From an uncultured Desulfosarcina sp. (GTDB lineage: Bacteria; Desulfobacterota; Desulfobacteria; Desulfobacterales; Desulfosarcinaceae): 64,000 nucleotides of DNA. Location: positions 2,272,001 through 2,336,000 of the forward strand of contig CAXXWQ010000003.1 in NCBI GenBank assembly GCA_963674945.2, given 5' to 3'. The notes below the pieces were generated by a model. The model searched no databases and was not told where the DNA came from. It worked only from the letters and a program-made list of their open reading frames with translations. Below, piece by piece: positions 1-10,439 of this stretch. Positions within the stretch are counted from its first letter, which is position 1; every line of letters begins with the position of its first letter. The position numbers and the translations under genes were made by a program.

Positions 1-810
1 CGGGTTCGGATTCACCGGCCACGGCGTGGTGAGAAATACCGACTATTGGAAATGGCCGATGCCAACGCCGAGAATACCCTTCGCGAACACATCCAGAAGG
101 CGACCGGTGATATGGAACTGCTCGAGGCGTTACAGCGGCGCCTTCACATGGCCCGGCCACCGGTGCGTATCGAGTGCTTCGACAATTCCAATCTGGCGGG
201 AACGAATCCGGTCTCGGCCATGGTGGTCTTCGTCAATGGCCGGCCGCACAAGGCCGGATACCGGAGGTATTCCATTCGAAGCGTCACGGTACCCGACGAT
301 TATGCAAGCATGGCCGAGGTGTTATCCCGACGATACGCCAAGATCGACCAGGCCAATCCCGAACCGGACCTTTTATTGGTGGATGGGGGCAGAGGGCAGT
401 TGGGCATCGCCGTCTCGGTATTGGACGAGTTGGGGATTGCCGGTCGATTTGCCGTCGCCGGTATCGCCAAACCGAACCGGCAAAAGAGGGAAATCGACGA
501 CAAGATCTACCTGCCCGACAGGGTCAATCCCGTTTCCATGGGATCGGATGGCCGCCTTCTGTTGCTGCTCGGGCAGATCCGGGACGAGGCCCACCGCTTC
601 GCCATCGTCTATCAGCGAAAACGGCGGACGCGAAAAACGATGCGTTCCGCCCTCGATCAGGTGACGGGGATCGGCCCAAAACGAAAGGCCACGCTGCTCA
701 AACACTTCGGCAGCATAAAAAACATCCGGGCAGCCACTGTCGATGAAATCAGCGAACTGCCCGGAATGAACCTGACCGTGGCCGAAGCCGTCAAACGGTC
801 ATTGTCTTGA
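1..810 (+). CDS. uvrC: Excinuclease ABC subunit C, 5'-truncated by the window edge
   Basis: Frame 1 is open from base 1 (RVRIHRPRRGEKYRLLEMA...). Motifs RIECFDNSN, PDLLLVDGGRGQL, IRDEAHRFA and a C-terminal HhH (GIGPKRKATLLKHFGS). Confidence 0.97.
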   Translation, partial: RVRIHRPRRGEKYRLLEMADANAENTLREHIQKATGDMELLEALQRRLHMARPPVRIECFDNSNLAGTNPVSAMVVFVNGRPHKAGYRRYSIRSVTVPDDYASMAEVLSRRYAKIDQANPEPDLLLVDGGRGQLGIAVSVLDELGIAGRFAVAGIAKPNRQKREIDDKIYLPDRVNPVSMGSDGRLLLLLGQIRDEAHRFAIVYQRKRRTRKTMRSALDQVTGIGPKRKATLLKHFGSIKNIRAATVDEISELPGMNLTVAEAVKRSLS

Positions 811-823
811 ATTCGTTTGCGGA

Positions 824-1774
<951 letters not shown>

Positions 1775-1826
1775 TTATTGGGTAATGTGCCGATAAGGAT
1801 TTTATGTCGAGGGTAACAAGGGACTT

Positions 1827-1854
1827 TTGATAGCACACCCAAATCCAATGTCAA
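1827..1854 (-). promoter_or_regulatory. Putative sigma70 promoter of mdh
   Basis: Minus strand TTGACA-N16-TATCAA with a TG extension. Confidence 0.45.
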
Positions 1855-1887
1855 TAAGTTTGTGCCACAACAATTGACCCTGAATCA

Positions 1888-1915
1888 TTGACAAAAAAAG
1901 GGCAAACAATATAAA
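1888..1915 (+). promoter_or_regulatory. Putative sigma70 promoter of the MglA operon
   Basis: TTGACA-N16-TATAAA, divergent from mdh. Confidence 0.5.
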
Positions 1916-1987
1916 AAGAATGTTACGGCAATAGGTTAGGTTCATTTGGAATTATCGTAGCATTCACATTCAATCACAGGATAGTAG

Positions 1988-2905
1988 ATGGACATCCGCC
2001 TGCAAATCAAATCTTTGCTGAATGAAGCTGAACTATATCGGTCCCAAGGGTTAAACATGGACGCGAAAGTGAAATATGAATCCGCGGCGGCCCTGATTAA
2101 TGGAATCGATAAGTTAAAGAATAAAGATAGCTTGCTGGAAACCATTACGTCTAAGATCAAATCCTTGGAGGAAAAGGAGGAGAAGGCGCAAACGGGTCCC
2201 GTATCACCCGAATTGTCTGAAAAAGGGCAGGACCTGATAAAAAACCTTTTCGGAGAAGATGATCTGGAAAAGGCCATTGCGCTGATTAAGTTCGGTCAGT
2301 TCGAACGGGCCATTGTCGAATTGACCCCCATGCTCAAGGACGATGAACACCGCGTGGAGGTTGCCAAGCACATCCTCCAGTGCAAATTCGCATTGGATTC
2401 CACAGACGATGCCATCGAACAATATAAAAAATGGTATTCCGAAGATCTTTTCTCCACCGAACAAATCGCCGCACTCTATCGCCATCTTCGAAAGGTGTTG
2501 GATCAAAAAGGGGTCTCAACCCCCATTCCCGGTCCCGTCATCGAGGAATCCGATGGGACACCGACCATCGATCCGGGCGACATCGACCTTCTCGGCTCCG
2601 ATTCCGCGGAGGAGATCCTGGATGTCACCTCCATCGGCATTACCTTTACCACCGGCGCCCAAAAGGGGAAGATGGTTGAATTCGATGTCAATTTCCAGTC
2701 CGGTGACATGTTGAGCCTGATTATTTCCAAGAAAGACAAAGGATTGATCGAAGAGTTAAAGGATGGAGACAAATTGGACGATATTCAATTTTATTCACCC
2801 ATTGCCATGTTCAAGGGGACAGCCGTCATCGCAAACAAGACCCAGATCGATGCGGGGCCGAAACAAGGCGACTTTTGCCTTGATTTAAAGGTGACGAGCA
2901 CTTGA
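1988..2905 (+). CDS. Hypothetical protein with helical/TPR-like N-terminus and PilZ-like beta-rich C-terminus
   Basis: 305-aa ORF. TPR-like segments (LEKAIALIKFGQFERAIVEL), an acidic/Pro linker, and a beta-rich last ~100 aa without an RxxxR motif. Confidence 0.7.
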   Translation: MDIRLQIKSLLNEAELYRSQGLNMDAKVKYESAAALINGIDKLKNKDSLLETITSKIKSLEEKEEKAQTGPVSPELSEKGQDLIKNLFGEDDLEKAIALIKFGQFERAIVELTPMLKDDEHRVEVAKHILQCKFALDSTDDAIEQYKKWYSEDLFSTEQIAALYRHLRKVLDQKGVSTPIPGPVIEESDGTPTIDPGDIDLLGSDSAEEILDVTSIGITFTTGAQKGKMVEFDVNFQSGDMLSLIISKKDKGLIEELKDGDKLDDIQFYSPIAMFKGTAVIANKTQIDAGPKQGDFCLDLKVTST

Positions 2906-2975
2906 GGGCAATCAAACCATTCATTACTGAAAGTGAAAACCTGAGCGTTCACCCTTACCAGTGAAGGATAGTTAA

Positions 2976-3590
2976 ATGGCCATTTTTAACCTGAAGAAGA
3001 AGCAAATCGAGTGCAAGATCGTCTATTATGGGCCAGGACGGTGCGGAAAGACAACCAATCTCGAATACATCTTCAAATCCTACAAAAAGCAAGTGACCGC
3101 CGAAATGGTGTCCATCAATACAGAAGGGGACCGGACCTTGTTTTTTGATTTTCTGCCCATGGGGATCGGGAAGATAAAGGGTTGTGACGTTCGTGTGCAA
3201 TTGTATACGGTGCCGGGGCAGGTCAAGTACAGTTCCACTCGAAAGCTGGTGCTCCGCGGTGTCGACGGGATAATTTTTGTGGCGGACTCTCTGGAAGTGC
3301 GTCGGGAAAAAAATATGACGTCCTTAAAAGACCTTCAGGCAAACCTCAAGGAGTACGGAAAAAGCATTTTCAAGATTCCTTTGATCATCCAATACAACAA
3401 AAGAGACCTGGGGGAAGAGGGCATTCCACTGATGTCTGTCGAACAGATGGAACGGGATTTAAACCGACAGCTCAAAGTACCCTCGTTTCCTGCAAGTGCC
3501 GTCAAGGGCGTGGGTGTTGGTGTGACACTCAAAGCCGGTCTAACGGAAACCTTGAAATCTCTTCAAAAAGAGTTCAAGTTCGCACAGTAA
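2976..3590 (+). CDS. mglA: MglA-family small Ras-like GTPase
   Basis: G1 YYGPGRCGKTTNL, switch I TEGDRTLFFDFL with the intrinsic Arg, G3 YTVPGQV, G4 YNKRD, G5 ASA. Confidence 0.9.
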   Translation: MAIFNLKKKQIECKIVYYGPGRCGKTTNLEYIFKSYKKQVTAEMVSINTEGDRTLFFDFLPMGIGKIKGCDVRVQLYTVPGQVKYSSTRKLVLRGVDGIIFVADSLEVRREKNMTSLKDLQANLKEYGKSIFKIPLIIQYNKRDLGEEGIPLMSVEQMERDLNRQLKVPSFPASAVKGVGVGVTLKAGLTETLKSLQKEFKFAQ

Positions 3591-3605
3591 GGGCCTGTTT
3601 GACGG

Positions 3606-4829
3606 ATGAATAATAACGTTACGCTGTCGGGAAGACTGCGTTTTCTACCCTTCGGAGATTTGATTCAGCTGTTGGGTTCCAATGGCAGTACGGGAGTTTT
3701 GCGTCTGGTCAGCCAGTGGGCGGATGATCCGGGATTCGTCTATTTTGCCGATGGGAATCCGGTGAATGCCCAAAACGGAAACAAAGAAGGACTCGATGCC
3801 CTTTACTCCATGTTCGGCTGGGTCGACGGCGATTTTGAATTCGTATCCGAGCCGATTATCGCGGACAAGACGATCACCAAAAGCCGAATGGGAATCATCC
3901 TGGAGGGGATGAAGCTTTTGGATGACGGCCACATCGAAAAACTGGACGCGCCGCCCCAACCGGGAACGGTGGCGCCCGATGTTTCATCCCCTTCGTCTTC
4001 GGCCCCTGAAAGCCGTATCGTCAAAGGCCCCCTTGTTGATTACATGTACGTGGTCGATGAAGAAGACTTCTTCGATGGTGAACATATCGTGGAAGAGGGT
4101 AAGCATGGCAGTTGGATGTGGGTCATTCTAGAAGGAATCGTGGACATCCAGAAAGAGGGGCCTTCGGGAAGAATCCCTATTATCCGGATCGGAGACGGTT
4201 CGTTTATCGGGAGCATGGCGTCCTTCCTGCTGCAGGGGCACATCCGTACGGCATCTGCCATTGCCGTGGGAAATGTTCAGCTGGGAGTCCTCGATTCCCA
4301 GCGTCTGGCACAGGAATACGCAAGCTTGTCCTATCCTTTCCGGATGTTCTTGACCAGTTTGGATAAACGTCTGAAACATCTCACCGAGCGTTCGATTCAG
4401 CACTATTTGAATGACAAGAGAGCCGACAATCTGCTAAAGGATCAAAAGTTGCTGGTCAAGCAGGGAAAGACCAAGGATGAGCAGATTTTTATTATTAAAC
4501 AGGGAAGGGCCTCCGTCGTCCGGAACACCCCTTCCGGTCCCGTCGTTTTGTGCCAACTGGGGAAGGGTGATTTTTTCGGCAATATCCCCTTTCTTCACAT
4601 GGGGCAGGAGCCGGAACAAAGTGCCATCTATGGTTCGGAAGATATCAAGATCTCAAAAACCGAGGTCGCATCGCTATCCGACGAATTCAATGGACTTTCG
4701 GTGACATTTAAGAATATCGTGAACAATATGGCCACATGCATGACCTTCACGGCCGACTCCATCTGTGAAGCCCGGCGTTCAAAACAAGAATCGATTGCCG
4801 CGGACACGAATGCTCGCCAAAAACAATAA
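3606..4829 (+). CDS. DUF4388 (PATAN-like) protein with two cyclic-nucleotide-binding domains
   Basis: N-terminal LSGRLRFLPFGDLIQLLGSNGSTGVL...GFVYFADG...MFGWVDGDFEF; two cNMP-type repeats (IVEEGKHGSWMWVILEG...GSFIGSM...RTASA; VKQG...IFIIKQG...GDFFGNI). Confidence 0.8.
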   Translation: MNNNVTLSGRLRFLPFGDLIQLLGSNGSTGVLRLVSQWADDPGFVYFADGNPVNAQNGNKEGLDALYSMFGWVDGDFEFVSEPIIADKTITKSRMGIILEGMKLLDDGHIEKLDAPPQPGTVAPDVSSPSSSAPESRIVKGPLVDYMYVVDEEDFFDGEHIVEEGKHGSWMWVILEGIVDIQKEGPSGRIPIIRIGDGSFIGSMASFLLQGHIRTASAIAVGNVQLGVLDSQRLAQEYASLSYPFRMFLTSLDKRLKHLTERSIQHYLNDKRADNLLKDQKLLVKQGKTKDEQIFIIKQGRASVVRNTPSGPVVLCQLGKGDFFGNIPFLHMGQEPEQSAIYGSEDIKISKTEVASLSDEFNGLSVTFKNIVNNMATCMTFTADSICEARRSKQESIAADTNARQKQ

Positions 4830-4882
4830 GCGGATTTTGTAGTTATCGACAACCATTACCGTCTAACCAAAGGTGACCCCCA

Positions 4883-5233
4883 ATGAACGAAAAAAGAAAG
4901 CATGAAAGGGTGGACTCGATTTATCTACTCAATTACGTGCACCTGGGAGAAAATGAAAAGAAACTGATGCAGGGCATGGGGCGAACGATGAATGTGTCCG
5001 AGACAGGAATCATGTTGGAAACCCATGTTCCCTTTTCCCAGGACGATGACATGGATGTCGTGGTTGGGCTGAAAGATGATATGGTCACCATTCGTGGGAA
5101 GGTGATCTTCTCGCGAACCATCGAAAAGGGAAAACACCAGGCCGGCATCCAATTCGTTTCCATTGACGAAGTGTCGCTTGCAACCTTGCGCCGCTATATA
5201 GAAGCGTTCAATAAACTCAGTTCTGCCACATAA
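4883..5233 (+). CDS. Stand-alone PilZ-domain protein (c-di-GMP receptor candidate)
   Basis: RKHER (RxxxR) and NVSETG (D/NxSxxG) motifs; GIQF in the C-terminal strand. Confidence 0.85.
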   Translation: MNEKRKHERVDSIYLLNYVHLGENEKKLMQGMGRTMNVSETGIMLETHVPFSQDDDMDVVVGLKDDMVTIRGKVIFSRTIEKGKHQAGIQFVSIDEVSLATLRRYIEAFNKLSSAT

Positions 5234-5311
5234 CCCATCCCTTCTATTTGCCGCTGCCATGGAGATCGGCATGTGGGGTTCGATATTTCGGGGATCGTAA
5301 GGAAAATTTTT

Positions 5312-6208
5312 ATGACAAACGTCGTTCGTGAAACCACATTTCCCAATTTGAAACTGTTACAGCGCGGAAAAGTACGAGACATGTACGATCTGGGCGATGC
5401 ATTTTTAATGGTCACAACGGACCGCATGTCCGCATTCGACGTCATCCTGCCGGACCCCATCCCGGACAAGGGGATCGTCCTCACCCAGATCTCCCTTTTC
5501 TGGTTCGATATCATGGCCCCTTTGGTGAACAATCACGTCATCACGGCCGACGTCTCCCAGTATCCGGAATCGTGTCGGCCCCATGCCAGGGAACTTGCGG
5601 GCCGCAGCATGCTCGTCAAGAAGGCCGAACCCCTTCCGGTGGAGTGCGTCGTCAGGGGATACATCACCGGTTCCGGTTGGAAATCCTACCAAGAGGACGG
5701 CACGGTGTGTGGAATCGAGCTTCCCGTCGGACTGGTGGAATCAGAACAACTCCCGGCGCCGATATTCACGCCTTCGACCAAGGAAGCTGTCGGAAAGCAC
5801 GACATCAATATCGATTTTCCTGAGATGGCCCGACGGATCGGGGCACCCGTCGCGGAAAAGGTCAGGGATCTCTCCCTTGCCATTTATAAGAAAGGTGCAC
5901 AGATCGCCGCGCAAAGAGGTATTCTGATCGCCGATACCAAATTCGAATTCGGCCTCGTGGACAACGATATCATCCTCATTGATGAGGTGTTGACGCCGGA
6001 TTCATCGCGTTTCTGGCCGCAAGCCACCTATACGCCGGGTGGAAGCCAGGAAAGTTTCGACAAGCAATATCTGCGGGATTACCTGCTCTCCCTTGACTGG
6101 GACAAGACGCCTCCCGGCCCCAAACTGCCCCAAGCGGTGATCGACAATACACGGGCCAAATATGTGGAGGCGCTGACACTTCTATCCGGCGACAGCCATG
6201 GACTTTGA
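5312..6208 (+). CDS. purC: Phosphoribosylaminoimidazole-succinocarboxamide synthase
   Basis: GKVRDMY, TDRMSAFD, ECVVRGY, ADTKFEFG, DEVLTPDSSRFW, DKQYLRD. Start set at ATG 5312 after AAGGA. Confidence 0.97.
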   Translation: MTNVVRETTFPNLKLLQRGKVRDMYDLGDAFLMVTTDRMSAFDVILPDPIPDKGIVLTQISLFWFDIMAPLVNNHVITADVSQYPESCRPHARELAGRSMLVKKAEPLPVECVVRGYITGSGWKSYQEDGTVCGIELPVGLVESEQLPAPIFTPSTKEAVGKHDINIDFPEMARRIGAPVAEKVRDLSLAIYKKGAQIAAQRGILIADTKFEFGLVDNDIILIDEVLTPDSSRFWPQATYTPGGSQESFDKQYLRDYLLSLDWDKTPPGPKLPQAVIDNTRAKYVEALTLLSGDSHGL

Positions 6209-7145
6209 GCACGCCACCGTTTCCATCCATGGGATCGAAACACAAGATTGCACGTTTCAAATAACGACCAACACCGACATCGAAAAACTCACGGGATCGA
6301 TTCAAAATATTGGTCTTATCCAGCCGCCGGTACTCCTTCCGAGAGAAGGAGGGCACGTGGTGGTGAGTGGTTTCCGTCGCATCGCGGCATGCGAAGCGTT
6401 GGATAAAAAAAAAATTCTTGCTCGAATCCTGCCATCCGGCGCACCCGATCGCCAATGCGCGCAAATCGCCATTTCGGAAAACGCTCATCAACGGACGTTG
6501 AATATCGTTGAACAAGCCCGATCGTATGCGTTGGTCCTTCGATTTTCCCATGGTATCGACGATGGATTACAGATGGCCGAAGCCTGCGGATTGCCCGCCA
6601 GTCGTGCGGCGCTGGATCGAATATTGCCAGTCACCAAGATGACGACGTGCCTGCAAGAGGGCATACTTCAAGAGAAAATTGCATTGCCCGTCGCCGCTAC
6701 CATCAGCCAATTTCATTCTGACGACGCCGAAGCGATGTGCAACCTGTTGCGCACGATCAACACGAATTTGAATATACAGCGCGAAATCGTAGATACGATT
6801 TTTGATATTTCCAAGCGGGATGGGCGATCCATCTCACAAGTCATACACCAAGACGCCGTATCTTCACTGTTGGAAAACATGAAACAGCCGTTACCCCAAA
6901 GAGTCCGGCAGCTCAGGAAGTTGCTGAAAAGAATCCGGTACCCGGAACTGTGCAACGCCGAAGAGCGATATGGACGGGAAGTAACGTCTTTGGGGTTGGA
7001 CCCGTGCATCCAGTTTCACCATCCCCCTTATTTCGAAGGCGGGGCCTATCGATTGACCATGACCTTTTCGTCACGGTTTCAGTTGAAGCACCTGCTTTCC
7101 GAATCGGCCAAACTGGCCGATCACCCCGTCCTTCTTCCAAAATAG
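6198..7145 (+). CDS. ParB/Srx N-terminal-domain protein (orphan)
   Basis: LTGSIQNIGLIQPPVL, VVSGFRRIAA (GxxRxxA) and ISENAHQR motifs; overlaps the purC stop. Confidence 0.8.
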   Translation: MDFEHATVSIHGIETQDCTFQITTNTDIEKLTGSIQNIGLIQPPVLLPREGGHVVVSGFRRIAACEALDKKKILARILPSGAPDRQCAQIAISENAHQRTLNIVEQARSYALVLRFSHGIDDGLQMAEACGLPASRAALDRILPVTKMTTCLQEGILQEKIALPVAATISQFHSDDAEAMCNLLRTINTNLNIQREIVDTIFDISKRDGRSISQVIHQDAVSSLLENMKQPLPQRVRQLRKLLKRIRYPELCNAEERYGREVTSLGLDPCIQFHHPPYFEGGAYRLTMTFSSRFQLKHLLSESAKLADHPVLLPK

Positions 7146-7307
7146 CGTCCCATACCCCGGCTCTTTACGCATCGATCAATATCATTGTTCGGTCCACATC
7201 TTTTTTGCCGTCTGCCTTCATCGGCTCCCTGTTCACCGTTTCCTCCATGACAAAATTAAAAGAGATAGAAAATCTATTTGCCGGTAGAAAAAATGAATTA
7301 ATTGCAC

Positions 7308-7338
7308 TTGACAAATCGAATGTAAAAGACTTTATAAT
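7308..7338 (+). promoter_or_regulatory. Putative sigma70 promoter of the TetR gene
   Basis: Perfect TTGACA and TATAAT hexamers, but a 19-bp spacer. Confidence 0.45.
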
Positions 7339-7368
7339 GTTTTAAGAAATAAATGGGATTCATTTTTT

Positions 7369-8001
7369 ATGGGGATCAGGGAAAGAAAAGAGCGGGAGCG
7401 TGAACGACGACGGCAGCAGATCATGGTTGCCGCCAAACGAATCTTTAGCATTAAAGGCTTCAGTCGCGCAACGATGGAGGACATCGCCAACGAAGCGGAA
7501 CTGAGTCCGGGTACCTTGTACCTCTACTTTAAAAACAAGGATGAACTTTACGCCTCTCTCTCGATTCGTATCCTGCAATACCTGCTCATCCGTCTGGAGC
7601 ACTTGAACGCCGAATCCATCACGGATTCGGAACAACTATTGGTTGCCTTGAAAGAGGCGATGATCGATGTGTATGATTTTGATCCGCTCATTCTGATCAA
7701 TATGTTTCACATGCAATCCAGCGACACATTGCGCAATCTCTCACCTGACCTTCTTCAACAAATCGAAACGCTGAGCCGGGACGCCTTGAAAGTGATGGCT
7801 GATATTTTCGAAGATGGGATTCGAAAAAAAAGATTCATCGATCATCAGCCGGCAGCAATTGCCGACTTCGTCTGGTCGCTCTTTACGGGAATTGTGCTGT
7901 GGGAAAGCGGCAAGATGGCCATCGAAGGGAAAAAAGATGGTTTGCGGGAAACGTTCGATATGGCGTTCGACATCTTTTCAAGGGGAATTATCGCAAACTG
8001 A
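7369..8001 (+). CDS. TetR/AcrR family transcriptional regulator
   Basis: N-terminal HTH: ATMEDIANEAELSPGTLYLYFKNKDEL. Confidence 0.93.
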   Translation: MGIRERKERERERRRQQIMVAAKRIFSIKGFSRATMEDIANEAELSPGTLYLYFKNKDELYASLSIRILQYLLIRLEHLNAESITDSEQLLVALKEAMIDVYDFDPLILINMFHMQSSDTLRNLSPDLLQQIETLSRDALKVMADIFEDGIRKKRFIDHQPAAIADFVWSLFTGIVLWESGKMAIEGKKDGLRETFDMAFDIFSRGIIAN

Positions 8002-8252
8002 ACCCAAAAGGTATGCCGTTTCCCGGCGCACAATTTGGTTCCGGAACATTATTGCAGCGCAATATTCAAATGTAATTGGATTTCGAACCTCAGCAACAAT
8101 ACAAATCAGATGAAAGGGGGGATGTGCATGTAGGGGAGGGCGCCTTCTTCTCAATTCGTATCCTCCGGCAATGGGTGATATGCGTTGACGAGAAGCCATT
8201 CGTAAAATGATCCGACTGTTTTTACTACCCTCAACAGGTAAGGAGAGTGATT

Positions 8253-10286
8253 ATGGCAGAAAAAGAAGTCGTCGAAACTTCGGAGGCACAAATCGCCGTT
8301 CATTGGCAGGAGGAAGGATACTACTACCCGTCAATGGAGTTCATTGCACAGGCAAACATGACGGACAAGGGGATATATGAACGGTTCAGCCTGGACAATT
8401 TTCCAAACTGCTACAAAGAATATGCGGATCTTCTGGACTGGTACGAATACTGGGATACGATCCTGGACACGTCCGATGCACCTTGTTTCAAATGGTTCAA
8501 GGGCGGGAAAATCAATGCCAGCTACAACTGCATCGACCGCCACCTGAAAGACAATAAAAACAAAACCGCCATTCACTTCGTCCCCGAACCTTTGGAAGAG
8601 AAATACGAGCACATCACGTACCAGGAGTTGTATGTGCGAGTGAACGAATTCGCCGCGCTGCTCAGAGATTTCGCCGGATTGAAACGTGGCGATCGGGTGA
8701 CGCTGCACATGCCCATGGTTCCCGAACTTCCCATCACCATGCTCGCCTGTGCACGGCTGGGCGTTATCCATTCACAGGTCTTCGGTGGTTTCAGCGGCAC
8801 CGCCTGCGCCGATCGGATCGTGGACTCGGGCAGCCGGGTGCTTATCACGATGGATTCTTATTATCGTAGCGGAACCCTTCTGGATCACAAGCAAAACGCC
8901 GATGTCGCGGTGAAACATGCCGAAAAGGATGGCCAGAAGGTGGACAAGGTGCTCGTCTGGCAACGATACAACGGCAAGTACAGCGCCAAGACCCCCATGG
9001 TGGAAGGGCGCGATTATTTTGTAAACGACGTGTTGAAGGATTACTACGGTGCACGGGTGGAGCCGGAACGGATGAATTCCGAGGATCCTTTGTTTCTGAT
9101 GTACACCAGCGGTACGACCGGAAAGCCGAAGGGATGCCAGCACGGTACGGGCGGCTACCTGGCCTATGTTACCGGCACCTCGAAATACGTCCAGGACATT
9201 CATCCCGAGGACGTCTACTGGTGCATGGCCGACATCGGATGGATTACCGGACACTCTTACATCGTCTATGGTCCCCTCGCCAACTGCGCGTCATCCGTCA
9301 TCTACGAGGGCGTTCCCACCTACCCGGATGCCGGTCGCTCCTGGCGCATCGCCCAGGATCTGGACGTGAACATCTTCCATACCGCCCCCACCGCCATTCG
9401 CGCCCTTCGCAAAATCGGTCCCGACGAACCGGCCAAATACAACTACCACTTCAAACACATGACCACGGTGGGCGAGCCCATCGAACCGGAAGTATGGAAG
9501 TGGTACCACAAGGAGGTCGGAAAGGGGGAAGCCATTATCGTCGACACCTGGTGGCAGACGGAAACCGGTGGGTTCCTGTGCAGCACCCTGCCGGCCATCA
9601 CTCCCATGAAACCGGGAAGTGCCGGACCCGGAATGCCGGGCATCCATCCCATCATCTACGATGACGAGGGCAACGAGGTTCCCAGGGGATCCGGAAAGGC
9701 TGGCAACATCTGCATTCAAAACCCATGGCCCGGAATGTTTCAGACCATATGGGGCGACCGGGATCGTTTCGTGGACACCTATTTTACCCGCTATTGCAAG
9801 AATACCGAAAGCACCGACTGGCGCGACTGGCCATACCTGACCGGCGATGCCGCAGTGGAAGCCGAGGACGGATACTTTCGAATCCTGGGACGCATCGACG
9901 ACGTGATCAACGTTTCCGGCCATCGCCTGGGAACGAAGGAGATCGAATCCGCAGCACTGGTGGTGGAAGAGGTGGCCGAAGCGGCCGTTGTTCCGGTGGC
10001 CCACGAGATCAAGGGAAAGGAACCGGATCTTTACATCTCCCTGAAACCCGGTTTCGAAGCCTCCGACGAGCTGGCCAAAAAAATCTCCGATGCCGTGTGC
10101 GAGGAGATTGGCAAAATCGCCAAGCCACGCAAGGTGTGGATCGTCAAGGATATGCCCAAGACCCGTTCCGGCAAGATCATGCGCCGTGTGCTCGGTGCCA
10201 TCTCCAACCGGTCGGATGTTGGAAACGTGATGACGCTGGCAAACCCGGAAATTGTCGAAGAGATCACAGCAATGGTTCAAAAATAA
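8253..10286 (+). CDS. acs: Acetate--CoA ligase (AMP-forming acetyl-CoA synthetase)
   Basis: YTSGTTGKPKG, ADIGWITGHSY, DTWWQTETGG, and PKTRSGKIMRR with the acetylation lysine. Alternative GTG start at 8247. Confidence 0.96.
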   Translation: MAEKEVVETSEAQIAVHWQEEGYYYPSMEFIAQANMTDKGIYERFSLDNFPNCYKEYADLLDWYEYWDTILDTSDAPCFKWFKGGKINASYNCIDRHLKDNKNKTAIHFVPEPLEEKYEHITYQELYVRVNEFAALLRDFAGLKRGDRVTLHMPMVPELPITMLACARLGVIHSQVFGGFSGTACADRIVDSGSRVLITMDSYYRSGTLLDHKQNADVAVKHAEKDGQKVDKVLVWQRYNGKYSAKTPMVEGRDYFVNDVLKDYYGARVEPERMNSEDPLFLMYTSGTTGKPKGCQHGTGGYLAYVTGTSKYVQDIHPEDVYWCMADIGWITGHSYIVYGPLANCASSVIYEGVPTYPDAGRSWRIAQDLDVNIFHTAPTAIRALRKIGPDEPAKYNYHFKHMTTVGEPIEPEVWKWYHKEVGKGEAIIVDTWWQTETGGFLCSTLPAITPMKPGSAGPGMPGIHPIIYDDEGNEVPRGSGKAGNICIQNPWPGMFQTIWGDRDRFVDTYFTRYCKNTESTDWRDWPYLTGDAAVEAEDGYFRILGRIDDVINVSGHRLGTKEIESAALVVEEVAEAAVVPVAHEIKGKEPDLYISLKPGFEASDELAKKISDAVCEEIGKIAKPRKVWIVKDMPKTRSGKIMRRVLGAISNRSDVGNVMTLANPEIVEEITAMVQK

Positions 10287-10298
10287 CGGATAACGATC

Positions 10299-10330
10299 GG
10301 GCCGGATCGAAGACGATATCGGTTCGGCCC
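10299..10330 (+). other. Stem-loop immediately after acs
   Basis: GGGCCGGATCGA / TCGGTTCGGCCC, a 12-bp stem with 2 G-U pairs and no U-tract. Confidence 0.55.
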
Positions 10331-10439
10331 CCAGAAAGTGTAGAAAGGAGGTGATAGATGCGCCTGGGCGACCGGGTCATTCGACTACCTTTCGGCGGCC
10401 GGTCAATGATATTTACACAAAGGCACAGGAGGAAACGTT

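Noticed and set aside
6405..6414. A10 run in the ParB-like gene as a frameshift site
   Set aside because: The ORF is continuous and ParB motifs lie in the same frame on both sides.
8041..8057. Sigma-54-like promoter upstream of acs (CGGAAC...TTGCA)
   Set aside because: GG-to-GC spacing is 9 nt, not the required 10.
9291..10280. Long antisense ORF (329 aa) opposite acs, and similar shadow ORFs elsewhere
   Set aside because: These are expected from codon bias in GC-rich genes and carry no recognisable motifs.
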